Shown: positions 10,416 to 19,769, counted from the stretch's first letter. The stretch is 64,000 nucleotides of DNA from an uncultured Clostridia bacterium (GCA_934122115.1 CAKOVU010000003.1:64442-128441), one strand, 5' to 3'. The notes: a model not told the origin generated them from the letters alone. Program-made: numbers and translations.

Positions 10416-11291
10416 ATGAAAAAGATAAATATAAATAAAATGTTTATAATATCAATAATATGTGCAATGATATTACTTGTATTTTCAAGTAATACCATTG
10501 CAACAAGCATGGTAGAATTTGATGATGAAATGGCAGATGAACAAGCTAACGAAGAATTAAGGCAACAAGAACAAGAAGACCAAGAAAATGCTGGAAAATC
10601 TAGTAATAACTTTTTATCAGAATTATCTGTAGAAGGATATAAAATAAGCCCTGCTTTTGATAAGCAAACAATAAATTATAGTATAGATGGAGAAATAACA
10701 GCAAAGAAAGTTAATATACAAGCCAAAACAGATGATGACAGAGCAACAGTTACTGGAATAGGCGAAGTAGAATTACAAACAGGTGAAAATAATTTTAGGA
10801 TAAGTGTAAAAGCAGAAAATGGAACTGAAAGGGCATATTTTATTAAAATTATAAAGAAAATAGATGATGAAGAATTAAAACTTTCATCTTTAAAAATTAA
10901 GGCTGTTGATAAAAATGGAGAAAAGCAAGATGTAGATTTAAATATAGATTTTTCTTCAGATGTTTTTGCGTATAGTTGTGAAGTTTCTTACACTATTACA
11001 AAAATAGAAGTGGAAGCAGTAGCAAATAAAACAAATTCTAAAATAACAATTGAAGATAATCCTGAAGAATTAAAGGAAGGCCAAAATACAATAAAAATAA
11101 AACTAACAGATGATAATGAAAATGAAACTATTTATAAAGTACAAGTAAATAAACAATACAGCTTAATGGCTAATGGAGCAATTGATAATGAAACAGGCAG
11201 CAAGAACATAGTAATTGGAATTATAGCTATAGTACTTTTGATAATGGTTATATTACTATTTACAAAGAAAAGTAAGAAGAGAAAACATTAA
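10416..11291 (+). CDS. Surface protein with a signal peptide, an acidic linker, two cadherin-like beta-sandwich domains and a C-terminal transmembrane anchor.
   Basis: N-terminal hydrophobic signal. Two segments matching the cadherin-like pattern (L..L.V.G..L.P.F......Y...V). C-terminal 'IVIGIIAIVLLIMVILLFTKKSKKRKH'. Confidence 0.5.
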   Translation: MKKININKMFIISIICAMILLVFSSNTIATSMVEFDDEMADEQANEELRQQEQEDQENAGKSSNNFLSELSVEGYKISPAFDKQTINYSIDGEITAKKVNIQAKTDDDRATVTGIGEVELQTGENNFRISVKAENGTERAYFIKIIKKIDDEELKLSSLKIKAVDKNGEKQDVDLNIDFSSDVFAYSCEVSYTITKIEVEAVANKTNSKITIEDNPEELKEGQNTIKIKLTDDNENETIYKVQVNKQYSLMANGAIDNETGSKNIVIGIIAIVLLIMVILLFTKKSKKRKH

Positions 11292-11313
11292 AATTTAAAG
11301 TGAGGAATAATGT

Positions 11314-12420
11314 ATGTGGGGAGATATCGCTATTGCATTCTTATTAGCATTTATAACAGCATTTGTAATAACACCGTATACAATAAGATTAGCTAGAAAA
11401 GTAGGCGCTGTAGACGTACCTAGCGACAGAAGAGTAAATAAAAAGCCAATGCCAAGACTTGGAGGACTAGCAGTTATATCAGGCTTTTTAGTATCCATGA
11501 TATATTTAATTATATCTATGGCAATAGAAGGAAAAATTAATTTTCTAGGAGATAATTTATATATAAAATTGATAGGCGTATTGCTAGGAATGATTATTCT
11601 TGGAATCACATGTTATATAGATGATGTGAAAGGAATAAAACCATTAACCAAGTTAGCAGGACAAACCCTAGCTGCTATTGTTGTTGTTCAGAGTGGGGTT
11701 CTTATAGATAATTTTACAATACCTTTTAAAGAAAATAGTATTGTGTTAAATGAAGTATTTAGCTATATCATAACTATAGGATGGATAGTTGGAATTACAA
11801 ATGCGATAAATTTAATAGATGGACTTGATGGATTATCTTCAGGGATTACATTAATTTCGTGTATATCTCTATTAATAATTTTTGCATTAAATGAATCTCC
11901 TCTAATAGCTATAGTGTTAATTACAGCATTAGCAGGTTCGATAGTTGGATTTTTGCCATATAATTTCAATCCAGCAAAAACATTTATTGGAGATGTAGGT
12001 TCCAATTTTATGGGATTTGCACTTTCAATAATATCAATATTAGGTGTGGCTAAAACTTATACAGCTATAGTTTTAATAGCTCCTATAATAGTACTTGCTT
12101 TGCCTATATTTGACACTCTATGGGCAATAATTAGAAGAATAGTAAAAACAAAATCTATAAAAGGTGTATTTAAAGCAGATAAAGGTCATTTACATCATAG
12201 ACTTATGGCAAAAGGTTTTTCACAAAAACAATCGGTGCTAATTCTATATGGAATAACTGCGATACTAGGAATGACAGCAGTAATACTTTTGGATAGTGGA
12301 ATCTGGAAAGCAATATCATTTGCTTTACTTGTAGTTGCAATTATAGCAATAGGATATAAAGATATAAAACAACTAGGATTGTTTAATGATGAAGAAAACA
12401 ATCATGGCAAAGGAGAATAA
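11314..12420 (+). CDS. tagO: Undecaprenyl-phosphate sugar-1-phosphate transferase of the WecA/TagO/MraY (GT4) family. Candidate initiating enzyme of the glycopolymer pathway.
   Basis: Conserved 'NAINLIDGLDGL' motif, 10 to 11 TM segments, 368 aa. Confidence 0.8.
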   Translation: MWGDIAIAFLLAFITAFVITPYTIRLARKVGAVDVPSDRRVNKKPMPRLGGLAVISGFLVSMIYLIISMAIEGKINFLGDNLYIKLIGVLLGMIILGITCYIDDVKGIKPLTKLAGQTLAAIVVVQSGVLIDNFTIPFKENSIVLNEVFSYIITIGWIVGITNAINLIDGLDGLSSGITLISCISLLIIFALNESPLIAIVLITALAGSIVGFLPYNFNPAKTFIGDVGSNFMGFALSIISILGVAKTYTAIVLIAPIIVLALPIFDTLWAIIRRIVKTKSIKGVFKADKGHLHHRLMAKGFSQKQSVLILYGITAILGMTAVILLDSGIWKAISFALLVVAIIAIGYKDIKQLGLFNDEENNHGKGE

Positions 12421-12421
12421 T

Positions 12422-13366
12422 ATGAAGAAAATTACAATATTAGTACCTGCATATAATGAGGAAGAATCTTTACCTTTTTTATATGAACGAGTTTCTAAAA
12501 TTATGAATGAAATGGAAAACTATGAATTTGAGCTTCTTTTTGTTAATGATGGAAGCAAAGATAATACATTAAAAGAAATAAAAGAATTAAGAAGTAAAGA
12601 TAATAGAGTTAGCTATGTGGATTTTTCTAGAAATTTTGGAAAAGAAATAGGAATGATTGCAGGTTTAGACTATGCAACAGGCGATTGTGTAATAATAATG
12701 GATGCAGATTTACAAGATCCGCCAGAGTTAATTCCAGAAATGATAGCTCTATGGGAAGAAGGATACGATGATGTATATGCCCAAAGAAAATCTAGAAAAG
12801 GTGAAACTTGGTTAAAGAAATTTACATCTAAAATGTATTATAAAGTATTGCAAAGCTTAACAAAAGTACCAATCCAAAAAGATACAGGAGATTTTAGATT
12901 ATTAGATAGAAGATGCGTGAATGCATTAAAGAAGATGAGAGAAACAAGCAGATGTTCAAAGAGCATGTTTAGCTGGATTGGGTATAATAAAAAAGCTATT
13001 TATTATGATAGAGACCCACGAATAGCAGGAAAAACAAAATGGAATTATAAAAAATTAATAGATTTAGCAATAGATGGAATAACAGCTTTTACAACATCTC
13101 CACTTAGAATTTCTACATATCTTAGCATACCAACTTTTTTAGCTTTAGTAGTATATTTTATATATGTTATAATTAAATGCATAAGATTAAATGTTGCTAT
13201 TCAGGCATTCCAAGCTATTATATTATTAATATTATTCTTCTCAGGAGTACAAATAATATTGATAGGAATTATGGGAGAGTATTTAGGAAGAATATTCAAT
13301 GAATCTAAAAATAGGCCATTATATTTGGTAAACGAGTATAATGATAAAAGGGAAAATAATGATTAG
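12422..13366 (+). CDS. GT2 undecaprenyl-phosphate glycosyltransferase of the GtrB/CsbB/ArnC type (Und-P-sugar synthase).
   Basis: 'ITILVPAYNEEESLP', a 'DADLQDPPE' DxD motif and two C-terminal TM helices. The ATG at 12422 with AAGGAG 10 nt upstream is preferred over the ORF-track start at 12386. Confidence 0.75.
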   Translation: MKKITILVPAYNEEESLPFLYERVSKIMNEMENYEFELLFVNDGSKDNTLKEIKELRSKDNRVSYVDFSRNFGKEIGMIAGLDYATGDCVIIMDADLQDPPELIPEMIALWEEGYDDVYAQRKSRKGETWLKKFTSKMYYKVLQSLTKVPIQKDTGDFRLLDRRCVNALKKMRETSRCSKSMFSWIGYNKKAIYYDRDPRIAGKTKWNYKKLIDLAIDGITAFTTSPLRISTYLSIPTFLALVVYFIYVIIKCIRLNVAIQAFQAIILLILFFSGVQIILIGIMGEYLGRIFNESKNRPLYLVNEYNDKRENND

Positions 13367-13385
13367 AAAGGGTTATTTATAATAT

Positions 13386-14396
13386 ATGAGAGAACAAAAT
13401 ATTATTAATCCTGAAGTAGAAGATGGTATAGAAGAAAAGCTTGAAATAAGCTTAAGACCTCAGTTTTTAAGAGAATACATAGGACAGAATAAAGTTAAAG
13501 AGAATATGAAAGTGTATATAGAGGCTGCAAAGAAAAGAAAGGAGCCTCTAGATCACGTTTTATTATATGGACCACCAGGATTGGGAAAAACAACTTTAGC
13601 TAATATAATTGCAAATGAAATGCATTCAAACATAAAAGTTACATCTGGTCCAGCAATAACGAAGCCTGGAGATATGGCAGCATTACTTACAGGATTATCA
13701 GAGAATGATATTTTATTTATAGATGAGATACATAGAATAAATAGAAATATCGAAGAGATATTATATCCAGCATTGGAAGATTACAAGCTAGATATAATAA
13801 TAGGAAAAGGTCCAACAGCAAAGTCAATTAGAATAAATCTTCCTAAATTTACAATAGTTGGGGCTACTACAAAAGCTGGTTCTCTTACCACACCATTAAG
13901 AGATAGGTTTGGAATAGTGGAAAGACTAGAATTATACAGCTTGGAAGACTTAAAAACAATAATTAAAAGAACGGCTGGAATTTTGAATGTTGGAATAGAT
14001 GAAGAATCAATAGAAGAAATTGCAAGAAGGTCAAGAGGAACCCCTAGAATTGCTAATAGACTTGTAAAAAGAATTAGAGATTATGCTACTGTTGTAGGAG
14101 ATGGAAAAATAGATATTTCTATTGCAAAACTCGGATTAGACAAGCTTGAAATAGATAGCCTTGGACTGGACAAAATAGATAGAAAAATACTAGATGTAAT
14201 GATTAATAAATATGGAGGAAAACCAATCGGAATAGAAACATTAGCAACCACTGTAGGTGAAGATATTGATACGATTGAGGATGTTTATGAACCTTATTTG
14301 ATTCAAATAGGATTTATAGCAAGGACTCCAAGAGGCAGAGTACCATTACCAGATGCATATGACCATATTGGGGCAGAGCATCAAATTAGAATTTAG
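13386..14396 (+). CDS. ruvB: Holliday junction branch-migration ATPase RuvB.
   Basis: Walker A '[18 protein letters not shown]', RuvB-type sensor motifs, 336 aa. Confidence 0.9.
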   Translation: MREQNIINPEVEDGIEEKLEISLRPQFLREYIGQNKVKENMKVYIEAAKKRKEPLDHVLLYGPPGLGKTTLANIIANEMHSNIKVTSGPAITKPGDMAALLTGLSENDILFIDEIHRINRNIEEILYPALEDYKLDIIIGKGPTAKSIRINLPKFTIVGATTKAGSLTTPLRDRFGIVERLELYSLEDLKTIIKRTAGILNVGIDEESIEEIARRSRGTPRIANRLVKRIRDYATVVGDGKIDISIAKLGLDKLEIDSLGLDKIDRKILDVMINKYGGKPIGIETLATTVGEDIDTIEDVYEPYLIQIGFIARTPRGRVPLPDAYDHIGAEHQIRI

Positions 14397-14419
14397 ATAG
14401 TTAACAAAAGGGGAAAAGT

Positions 14420-16513
14420 ATGAAAATTAATTGGAATAAGAAAATTGTTATAGGATTATTAATAATATTATTGGTTTCTATATTTTTGGAAGGTGTTGTT
14501 TTTAATATTAATTCATTTAGACTTTTAGGTGGCGATTATCCATATAAAAAGATAGAAATATCTGATGATATTCTAGAAGGTTTAGAAAACTTAGGTGACA
14601 ATAGGTATAAAGTAACAAAGAATAATCCAATGATTCGAATAAAAGACGTAAACATTCAAACAGGCACTATAAAGCTAGATATATCAAGAGAGCATAAAAA
14701 CAATCAAATCGGAAAAAGAAAGACAGATATAACTATATATTATTCAGATGCAACTTCGAAATACCTTAGAAAAACACCAACAAAAACTATTAATGAACAA
14801 ATTGCTAGAAGCCAATTTGGAATATTGCATCTTTCTGGAAAAACTAATTCAATTGTGATACAAATAAAAGCAGAAAAAGATGAGATTATAAACTTAAAAG
14901 ATATAGAGTTTAATGTTAGTGTACCTTACAAATTCAATTTTGCAAGATTTTCAATGGTATTCTTAATAATAACAGCACTATATTTATTTTTTAATTTAAA
15001 AATATTTGATGAAGAATATGATGCAAGAAATAAATATCATTCAACAGTAGTCATCATTGTTCTATTGACTTATATAATCACAATGGTAAGTACAACTATC
15101 TTGGAAAGTGATAACAAGAATATAGTAACGGATCTTGATACAACAAGAACAATAGTGTATGAAAAGTATTACACAGATTCATTAATTAATGGCAGTTTAA
15201 GCTTACAAGTTGAAAAAGATGCTAGGCTTGACGAAATGGATAATGTATATGATGAAACTGCTAGAAGCATGGAAAATATAAATTATTTATATGATTATGC
15301 TTACTATGATGGGAATTATTATGTGTATTTTTCAATATTACCACAATTGCTAGTTAATATACCATTTAGACTTATAACTGGGCAGTACATAAATGTAGCA
15401 TATGAAGTTTTGTTATTTGCATTACTAGGCACAGTATTCACGTTGCTAGCAATTGAAAAGCTTATAAAGAAATTCTTTAAAAATGTTAATTTAAGAATAA
15501 TGACACTTTCAATGATAACAGCTTTGTTTTCAAGTGTTCTATTATATTTAACAGGAAGAACTTTGGTTTATGAAGTTGTTGCTTCATGTGGATATTGGCT
15601 AATAATGCAAGCAGTATATTTCTTAGCTTGTGCATTTGATAAAGAAAAAATAAACTATAAATGTTTAACCATAGGATGCATATCTGCTGCTTTAGCGGTA
15701 AATGCAAGACCAAATTTATTAATAGTTTCATTGCTATTCTTGCCGATATTTATAGAAAAGTTTGTAGAATTTATAAAGAAATTAAAGAATGATAATTCAA
15801 AAACAACTAAAAAAGAATTTGTTAAATATATATTGGCAATAGTTCTACCTTATGGAATTATAGGAATTAGTATGATGATACTAAATTACGTTAGATTTGG
15901 TAGTATAACAGAATTTGGTGCTGCATATCAATTAACGTCAAACGATATGATAAATTTAGGTTATAGATATTCTACTATTCCAATAGGAATATGGCATTAC
16001 CTATTTAATCCACCTGTAATAAATCTTACTTTTCCGTTTATTCATATGCAACCAGTAACTCCACTTTATTTAGGCTTTTATGGATGCGGATATGTAGGGG
16101 TAGGAACATTTTGGGCAACACCAATAACGTTATTGCTAATATTTATTCCGATCTTAAGAAAGCATATAAAGAATACAAATGTAAAATTATGGAGATTAAT
16201 AAGAAATTCATTAATTGTAGCATTAATAATGATAATTGTGATAACCTTATTAGCGGCAAGCTATGAAAGATATTCTTTAGATTATACTTGGATGGTAGTA
16301 TGGCCTGCAATTGCTATGATGCTACTAATATATGATTTAATTAAAGAAAATGAATTAGTTAGAAAAATGTTTGAAATAGTATGCACGATAGCTACAATTA
16401 TATGTATTTGTGTAGCAATGGCTATGGCCATAAAATCTGAATCAAGCTATGCTGAATATTTTTCGTCAGAGCAATATGATAATATATCTCAAAGTATGAT
16501 GTTTTGGGAATAA
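14420..16513 (+). CDS. Large polytopic membrane protein (697 aa). A putative GT-C-type glycosyltransferase partnering the GtrB-like enzyme.
   Basis: N-terminal TM segment, then a ~170-aa soluble segment, then more than 10 TM segments. No motif I can assign confidently. The call comes from gene context only. Confidence 0.3.
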   Translation: MKINWNKKIVIGLLIILLVSIFLEGVVFNINSFRLLGGDYPYKKIEISDDILEGLENLGDNRYKVTKNNPMIRIKDVNIQTGTIKLDISREHKNNQIGKRKTDITIYYSDATSKYLRKTPTKTINEQIARSQFGILHLSGKTNSIVIQIKAEKDEIINLKDIEFNVSVPYKFNFARFSMVFLIITALYLFFNLKIFDEEYDARNKYHSTVVIIVLLTYIITMVSTTILESDNKNIVTDLDTTRTIVYEKYYTDSLINGSLSLQVEKDARLDEMDNVYDETARSMENINYLYDYAYYDGNYYVYFSILPQLLVNIPFRLITGQYINVAYEVLLFALLGTVFTLLAIEKLIKKFFKNVNLRIMTLSMITALFSSVLLYLTGRTLVYEVVASCGYWLIMQAVYFLACAFDKEKINYKCLTIGCISAALAVNARPNLLIVSLLFLPIFIEKFVEFIKKLKNDNSKTTKKEFVKYILAIVLPYGIIGISMMILNYVRFGSITEFGAAYQLTSNDMINLGYRYSTIPIGIWHYLFNPPVINLTFPFIHMQPVTPLYLGFYGCGYVGVGTFWATPITLLLIFIPILRKHIKNTNVKLWRLIRNSLIVALIMIIVITLLAASYERYSLDYTWMVVWPAIAMMLLIYDLIKENELVRKMFEIVCTIATIICICVAMAMAIKSESSYAEYFSSEQYDNISQSMMFWE

Positions 16514-16528
16514 AGGAGAATATACTAA

Positions 16529-17569
16529 ATGAAATTGTTAATGCATACATGTTGCGCACCATGCAGTGTATTTTGCATAGAAAGTTTAAGAGCAGAAGGG
16601 ATTGAACCAACAGTATATTGGTTCAATCCAAATATACATCCATATTCAGAATATAAGAAACGTAGGGATTGTTTAAAAGATTATACAAAATTAATAAGTG
16701 TACAAGCCATATTTGATGATGAATATGGCTTAGATGCTTTCTGCCAAGAGGCTGTAAAAGATTTGAATACAAGATGTGTGAACTATTGTTATCCTGTAAG
16801 GTTAAGGAAAACATTTGAATATGCAAAAGAACATGGTTATGATGCAGTAACAACCACTTTATTATATAGCATATATCAGAAGCATGATTTTATAAAGAAA
16901 CTTATGGCGGATTTAAGCAAAGAATATGGAATAAAGTTTTTATATAGAGATTTTAGAGTTGGATTCTGGAAGGGACATGAGGAAGCAAAGAATTTACAAT
17001 TATATTTACAGCATTATTGTGGTTGCATTTTCAGCGAAGAAGAATCTGAGTTAAAACGCATAAATTCTATAACAAAGATGCCTGATGGTTTTGAATTTTT
17101 GCCAATAAAACGTTCAATTGTAATAAAAAAGGAAAAAAATAATAAAGAAAAATATTTAGAATTATTGTTAGAGGCTGATCCAAATGAAGACGCAATAAAA
17201 AAATATTTAGAAAAAGGAGACTTGTTTGTATTAGAATATGAAGAAATTCCAGCTTGTGTTGCGGTTGTGGTGCATATAAATAATGAAACAGTGGAACTAA
17301 AAAATCTAGCCACAAAAGAGGAATATAGAGGAAAAGGTTTTGCCAAGAAGATGATAAAGTATTTATCAGATAATTATAAGCAAAAATATAAAAAAATGAT
17401 AGTTGGAACTACAGAAAACAATATTCCATTCTATGTAAAACAAGGTTTTGATAGATATGAAAAAACAATGAAAAATTTCTTTACAGATAATTATGATGAA
17501 GAAATATGGGATGGAAATCTACATTGTATAGATATGTATTATTATTCGAAAGAATTAAAGATTAAGTAA
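16529..17569 (+). CDS. queH: Epoxyqueuosine reductase QueH (DUF208) fused to a C-terminal GNAT acetyltransferase domain.
   Basis: N-terminus 'MKLLMHTCCAPCS' and 'YCGCIFSEEE' are QueH signatures. The C-terminal ~150 aa contain an acetyl-CoA binding motif 'LATKEEYRGKGFAKKMIKYL'. Confidence 0.65.
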   Translation: MKLLMHTCCAPCSVFCIESLRAEGIEPTVYWFNPNIHPYSEYKKRRDCLKDYTKLISVQAIFDDEYGLDAFCQEAVKDLNTRCVNYCYPVRLRKTFEYAKEHGYDAVTTTLLYSIYQKHDFIKKLMADLSKEYGIKFLYRDFRVGFWKGHEEAKNLQLYLQHYCGCIFSEEESELKRINSITKMPDGFEFLPIKRSIVIKKEKNNKEKYLELLLEADPNEDAIKKYLEKGDLFVLEYEEIPACVAVVVHINNETVELKNLATKEEYRGKGFAKKMIKYLSDNYKQKYKKMIVGTTENNIPFYVKQGFDRYEKTMKNFFTDNYDEEIWDGNLHCIDMYYYSKELKIK

Positions 17570-17597
17570 ACAATATAAATGTTTAAAATATAAGCTT

Positions 17598-18623
17598 TTG
17601 GACAACATATTATGGGTGATTAATATGTTTAAGCCAAAGGCTTTATATTGTGAAAATAATATTGAAAATTATGTGCTTGGAAGAGAGTTATTAGAAAAAT
17701 ATGCTGATGTTCCAAGAGTGGTAATTGACAATCATAATAATATTGAAGAAATGAGAAAAAAGCAAAATAAGGATTTTACAGATATGAAGCAAAATCTGAT
17801 AATAGGAATTAGAAAAACACATAAATTTGTCCCAAATCATAAGACATCAGATTTTCTAGTTCCATATACATCTTCTGGTTGCACAGCAATGTGTATGTAT
17901 TGCTATCTTGTATGCAATTATAATAAGTGCGCGTATTTGAGACTGTTTGTAAATAGAGAAGAAATGTTAGATAAAATTATAAGAACTGCGCAAAATTCAG
18001 AGAAAGATTTAACTTTTGAAATTGGAAGTAATAGTGATTTAATTTTAGAAAATACGATTACAAATAATTTAGTCTGGACGATTGAAAATTTTGCAAATAC
18101 TTCAAAGGGACATTTAACTCTTCCTACTAAGTTTGATATGGTAGATGATATTTTGCCTTTAAAACATAATGGAAAAGTTACTATTAGAATGAGTGTAAAT
18201 CCAGAAGAAATTATTAATAAAGTTGAATTCGGTACATCGAGGCTAAAAAATAGAGTTCAAGCTATAAATAAATTAGCAGATGCTGGCTATCCTATCGGAA
18301 TATTGATAGCACCTGTAATATTGGTAGAAAATTGGAAAGAGCTATATTCAAATTTAATAAAATATTTGTATGAAAATTTAAATGAAAAAGCTAAGAAGCA
18401 GGCATTCTTCGAAATTATTTTTATGACGTACAGCTTTGTTCATAGGGCAATAAATACAGAAGCATTTCCAAATGCCATAGATTTATATAGCCCAGAATTA
18501 ATGAGAGGACGTGGCAAAGGAAAATATATGTATAAAGACTATATACGTGAAGAAGGAGAAGAATTTTTACGAGAAGAAATGAGTAAATATTTTCCGAATA
18601 ATCAAATAGAATATATAGTATAA
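17598..18623 (+). CDS. splB: Spore photoproduct lyase, a radical SAM enzyme.
   Basis: 'CTAMCMYCYL' CxxxCxxC cluster. Colinear similarity to Bacillus SplB to the very end ('...IEYIV' versus '...IEYFT'). Confidence 0.85.
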   Translation: MDNILWVINMFKPKALYCENNIENYVLGRELLEKYADVPRVVIDNHNNIEEMRKKQNKDFTDMKQNLIIGIRKTHKFVPNHKTSDFLVPYTSSGCTAMCMYCYLVCNYNKCAYLRLFVNREEMLDKIIRTAQNSEKDLTFEIGSNSDLILENTITNNLVWTIENFANTSKGHLTLPTKFDMVDDILPLKHNGKVTIRMSVNPEEIINKVEFGTSRLKNRVQAINKLADAGYPIGILIAPVILVENWKELYSNLIKYLYENLNEKAKKQAFFEIIFMTYSFVHRAINTEAFPNAIDLYSPELMRGRGKGKYMYKDYIREEGEEFLREEMSKYFPNNQIEYIV

Positions 18624-18640
18624 AAATATCTAGAATCATA

Positions 18641-18669
18641 TTGACAAAAGTAATACGCTGTAATACAAT
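18641..18669 (+). promoter_or_regulatory. Sigma-A-type promoter (TTGACA, 17 nt spacer, TACAAT) for the relBE operon, with direct repeats GTAATAC x2 in the spacer as a candidate autoregulatory operator.
   Basis: TTGACA at 18641-18646, TACAAT at 18664-18669. The spacer reads AAAGTAATACGCTGTAA. Confidence 0.6.
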
Positions 18670-18692
18670 AAAAAAGAAGGGAGTTGATATTT

Positions 18693-18911
18693 ATGACTAT
18701 TTCAGTAAGATTAAATGAAAAAGATACAGAATTGATAAAAGCTTATGCGAAAATAAATAATATATCATTATCGGATTTAATAAGAACTGCAGTATTAGAA
18801 AAAATAGAAGATGAGTATGATTTAGAATGCTATAATAAAGCAATAAGAGAATTTAAAGAAAATCCTAAAACTTATACTTTAGAAGAAATAAAGGAGGATT
18901 TAGGACTATAA
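18693..18911 (+). CDS. relB: RelB/DinJ-family antitoxin (ribbon-helix-helix).
   Basis: 72-aa protein 'MTISVRLNEKDTELIKAYAKINNISLSDLIRTAVLEKIEDEYD...'. Its stop overlaps the toxin start (ATGA). RBS GGGAG 9 nt upstream of the ATG at 18693. Confidence 0.6.
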   Translation: MTISVRLNEKDTELIKAYAKINNISLSDLIRTAVLEKIEDEYDLECYNKAIREFKENPKTYTLEEIKEDLGL

Positions 18912-19177
18912 TGAATTATAAAATTTTATTTACAGAAAAAGCAAAGAAGCAGCTGAAAAAGCTTGATAAGCATACAGCTGCTCTTATAATTGGGTGGTTA
19001 GAAAAAAATATTGAAGGATGTGAAAATCCAAGGATACATGGAAAAGGGCTTGTGGAGAATAAATCAGGACAATGGAGATATAGAATCGGAGATTATAGAG
19101 TAATATGTGAAATAGAAGACCAGAAAATTACGGTACTTGTTTTAGAAATTGGGCATAGACGAGAAATATATGATTAA
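18911..19177 (+). CDS. relE: RelE/ParE-family mRNA interferase toxin.
   Basis: 88 aa with 'KKQLKKLDK...RIGDYRVICEIEDQKITVLVLEIGHRREIY', a typical RelE/YoeB core. Confidence 0.75.
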   Translation: MNYKILFTEKAKKQLKKLDKHTAALIIGWLEKNIEGCENPRIHGKGLVENKSGQWRYRIGDYRVICEIEDQKITVLVLEIGHRREIYD

Positions 19178-19290
19178 ATATTTTGAATCATAATAAATAT
19201 TGAAATTAATTATCAATTAAGATATAATTGTGACATAAAATATGGAGTATTAAATTAAAGATTTTGAAAGGCAGTGCATAGGTAAAAAAT

Positions 19291-19769
19291 ATGGAAGAAT
19301 GGTTAAAATGGGCTATTGAAATTCAAAGTTTGGCTCAGGCTGGACTAGCATATACAAGCAATATTTATGACACAGAAAGATATGAAAGATTAAGAGAAAT
19401 ATCGGCTGAAATGATAGCTGCAAAAAGTGATATTAATTTTGAAAAAGTAAAGAATTATCTGTAAAATCAAATACTATAAAGGAAGTAAAAGAGGAGACTG
19501 GTTTAGAAGTAATAGCAAAAACAGTTATTGCTATTCAAGATAGAAATAAACATAATAATCCAATATATGCATATGGTGTATGTAAAATTTTTGTACTATG
19601 TGACATTATTAGCGGAAGGTTTGAGAAAAATATAGAAACAACAGAAACAAGGTATTTTTCATTAGAAGAAATACTGGACAATCTGGCGGAAGAGAAAACA
19701 AATAAAGAGCAAATTGAGATGTGCTTCAAGGCCTATAAAGATGAAAACTGGAAGGTACAATTTGATTAA
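19291..19769 (+). pseudogene. NUDIX hydrolase (Nudix_N-domain type, YjhB-like) disrupted by an internal deletion plus frameshift.
   Basis: Fragment 1 (19291-19464) encodes the Nudix_N helix 'MEEWLKWAIEIQSLAQAGLAYTSNIYDTERYERLREI..' and ends in TAA. Fragment 2 (19464-19769, other frame) encodes the Nudix box remnant 'KEVKEETGLEV' and the C-terminal fold. About 45 aa, including the GG..E.GE part, are missing. Confidence 0.55.

Noticed and set aside
12386-12421. Upstream start of the GtrB-like gene overlapping tagO.
   Set aside because: The ATG at 12422 has an AAGGAG RBS at the correct spacing. The GT2 N-terminal motif begins right after it.
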